Shown: positions 35,770 to 35,895 of the stretch, one piece after another | How the letters are laid out: each line of letters begins with the position of its first letter | How positions within the stretch are numbered: position 1 is the stretch's first letter | Assembly: GCA_043778225.1 (NCBI GenBank) | Contig: JAYWGM010000025.1 | Span: 1-35,895, forward strand | Direction of reading: 5' to 3' | Origin: Deinococcales bacterium | Lineage (GTDB): Bacteria; Deinococcota; Deinococci; Deinococcales; JAAFIG01 | DNA length: 35,895 nt | Notes under the pieces: generated by a model | What the model saw: the letters and a program-made list of their open reading frames with translations, nothing else | Database searches by the model: none | What the model was told of the DNA's origin: nothing | Made by a program: the position numbers and the translations under genes

Positions 35770-35880
35770 GCCCGAACTGAAGTCTGGCTGAAAGGTAACT
35801 GAGTGCAGCGTCGGACAAGTCGGTAGACTTGGCGAGCTATGCGAGTACCGATAGGTGCTTTGTCGTGGAGTTCGTAGGCT
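35770..35880 (+). ncRNA. Candidate structured non-coding RNA or IS-end region (unassigned)
   Basis: Hairpins CAAGTC-GGTA-GACTTG and GAGTACC-GATA-GGTGCTT (G-U pairs favour the + strand), enclosed by CGAACT/AGTTCG pairing. Confidence 0.3.
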
Positions 35881-35895
35881 TGAGGGACGATAGAC

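Noticed and set aside
419..35802. Numerous short alternative-frame and antisense ORFs in the track
   Set aside because: They overlap well-supported genes and show no family motifs or translation signals.
35746..35895. Known riboswitch (SAM-I, c-di-AMP, M-box, fluoride) upstream of the BTAD gene
   Set aside because: Only fragmentary resemblance; the consensus cores were not found by eye on either strand.

Overview
Chromosomal window of a moderately low-GC bacterium, probably Deinococcota. That assignment is inferred from the gene style and from many genes with a -10 TANNNT box 5-8 nt before the start codon and no RBS (leaderless). Left part: acyl-CoA dehydrogenase divergent from fabG; a 1265-aa GAF-(PAS)x7-GAF protein with no output domain; DsbA-family oxidoreductase; a damaged addiction-module/RelE-ParE toxin-antitoxin pair; SDR, phosphoribosyltransferase and C39-like peptidase; an arsR-arsC-aquaporin-arsC operon; yceD; and an AKR/MerR divergon. 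Middle: a urease operon with hypA-hypB inserted between ureC and ureEFGD; a YtrA-type GntR-ABC module; GNATs and an acyltransferase-3 protein. Right part: a WYL regulator divergent from a DUF1579-NIPSNAP-VOC operon; EamA/Lrp; PadR-DUF1048-MFS; DinB; YdeI; USP genes; and a BTAD/SARP regulator. The strongest non-genic signal is the palindrome CTCGAG, about 220-225 copies by hand count versus about 9 expected, which resembles a HIP1-like highly iterated palindrome. Other signals are two promoter-region tandem repeats, a direct repeat bracketing the orphan sensor, an unannotated 56-aa membrane protein, and a structured non-coding segment at the right edge. No CRISPR array, rRNA, tRNA or transposase was seen.
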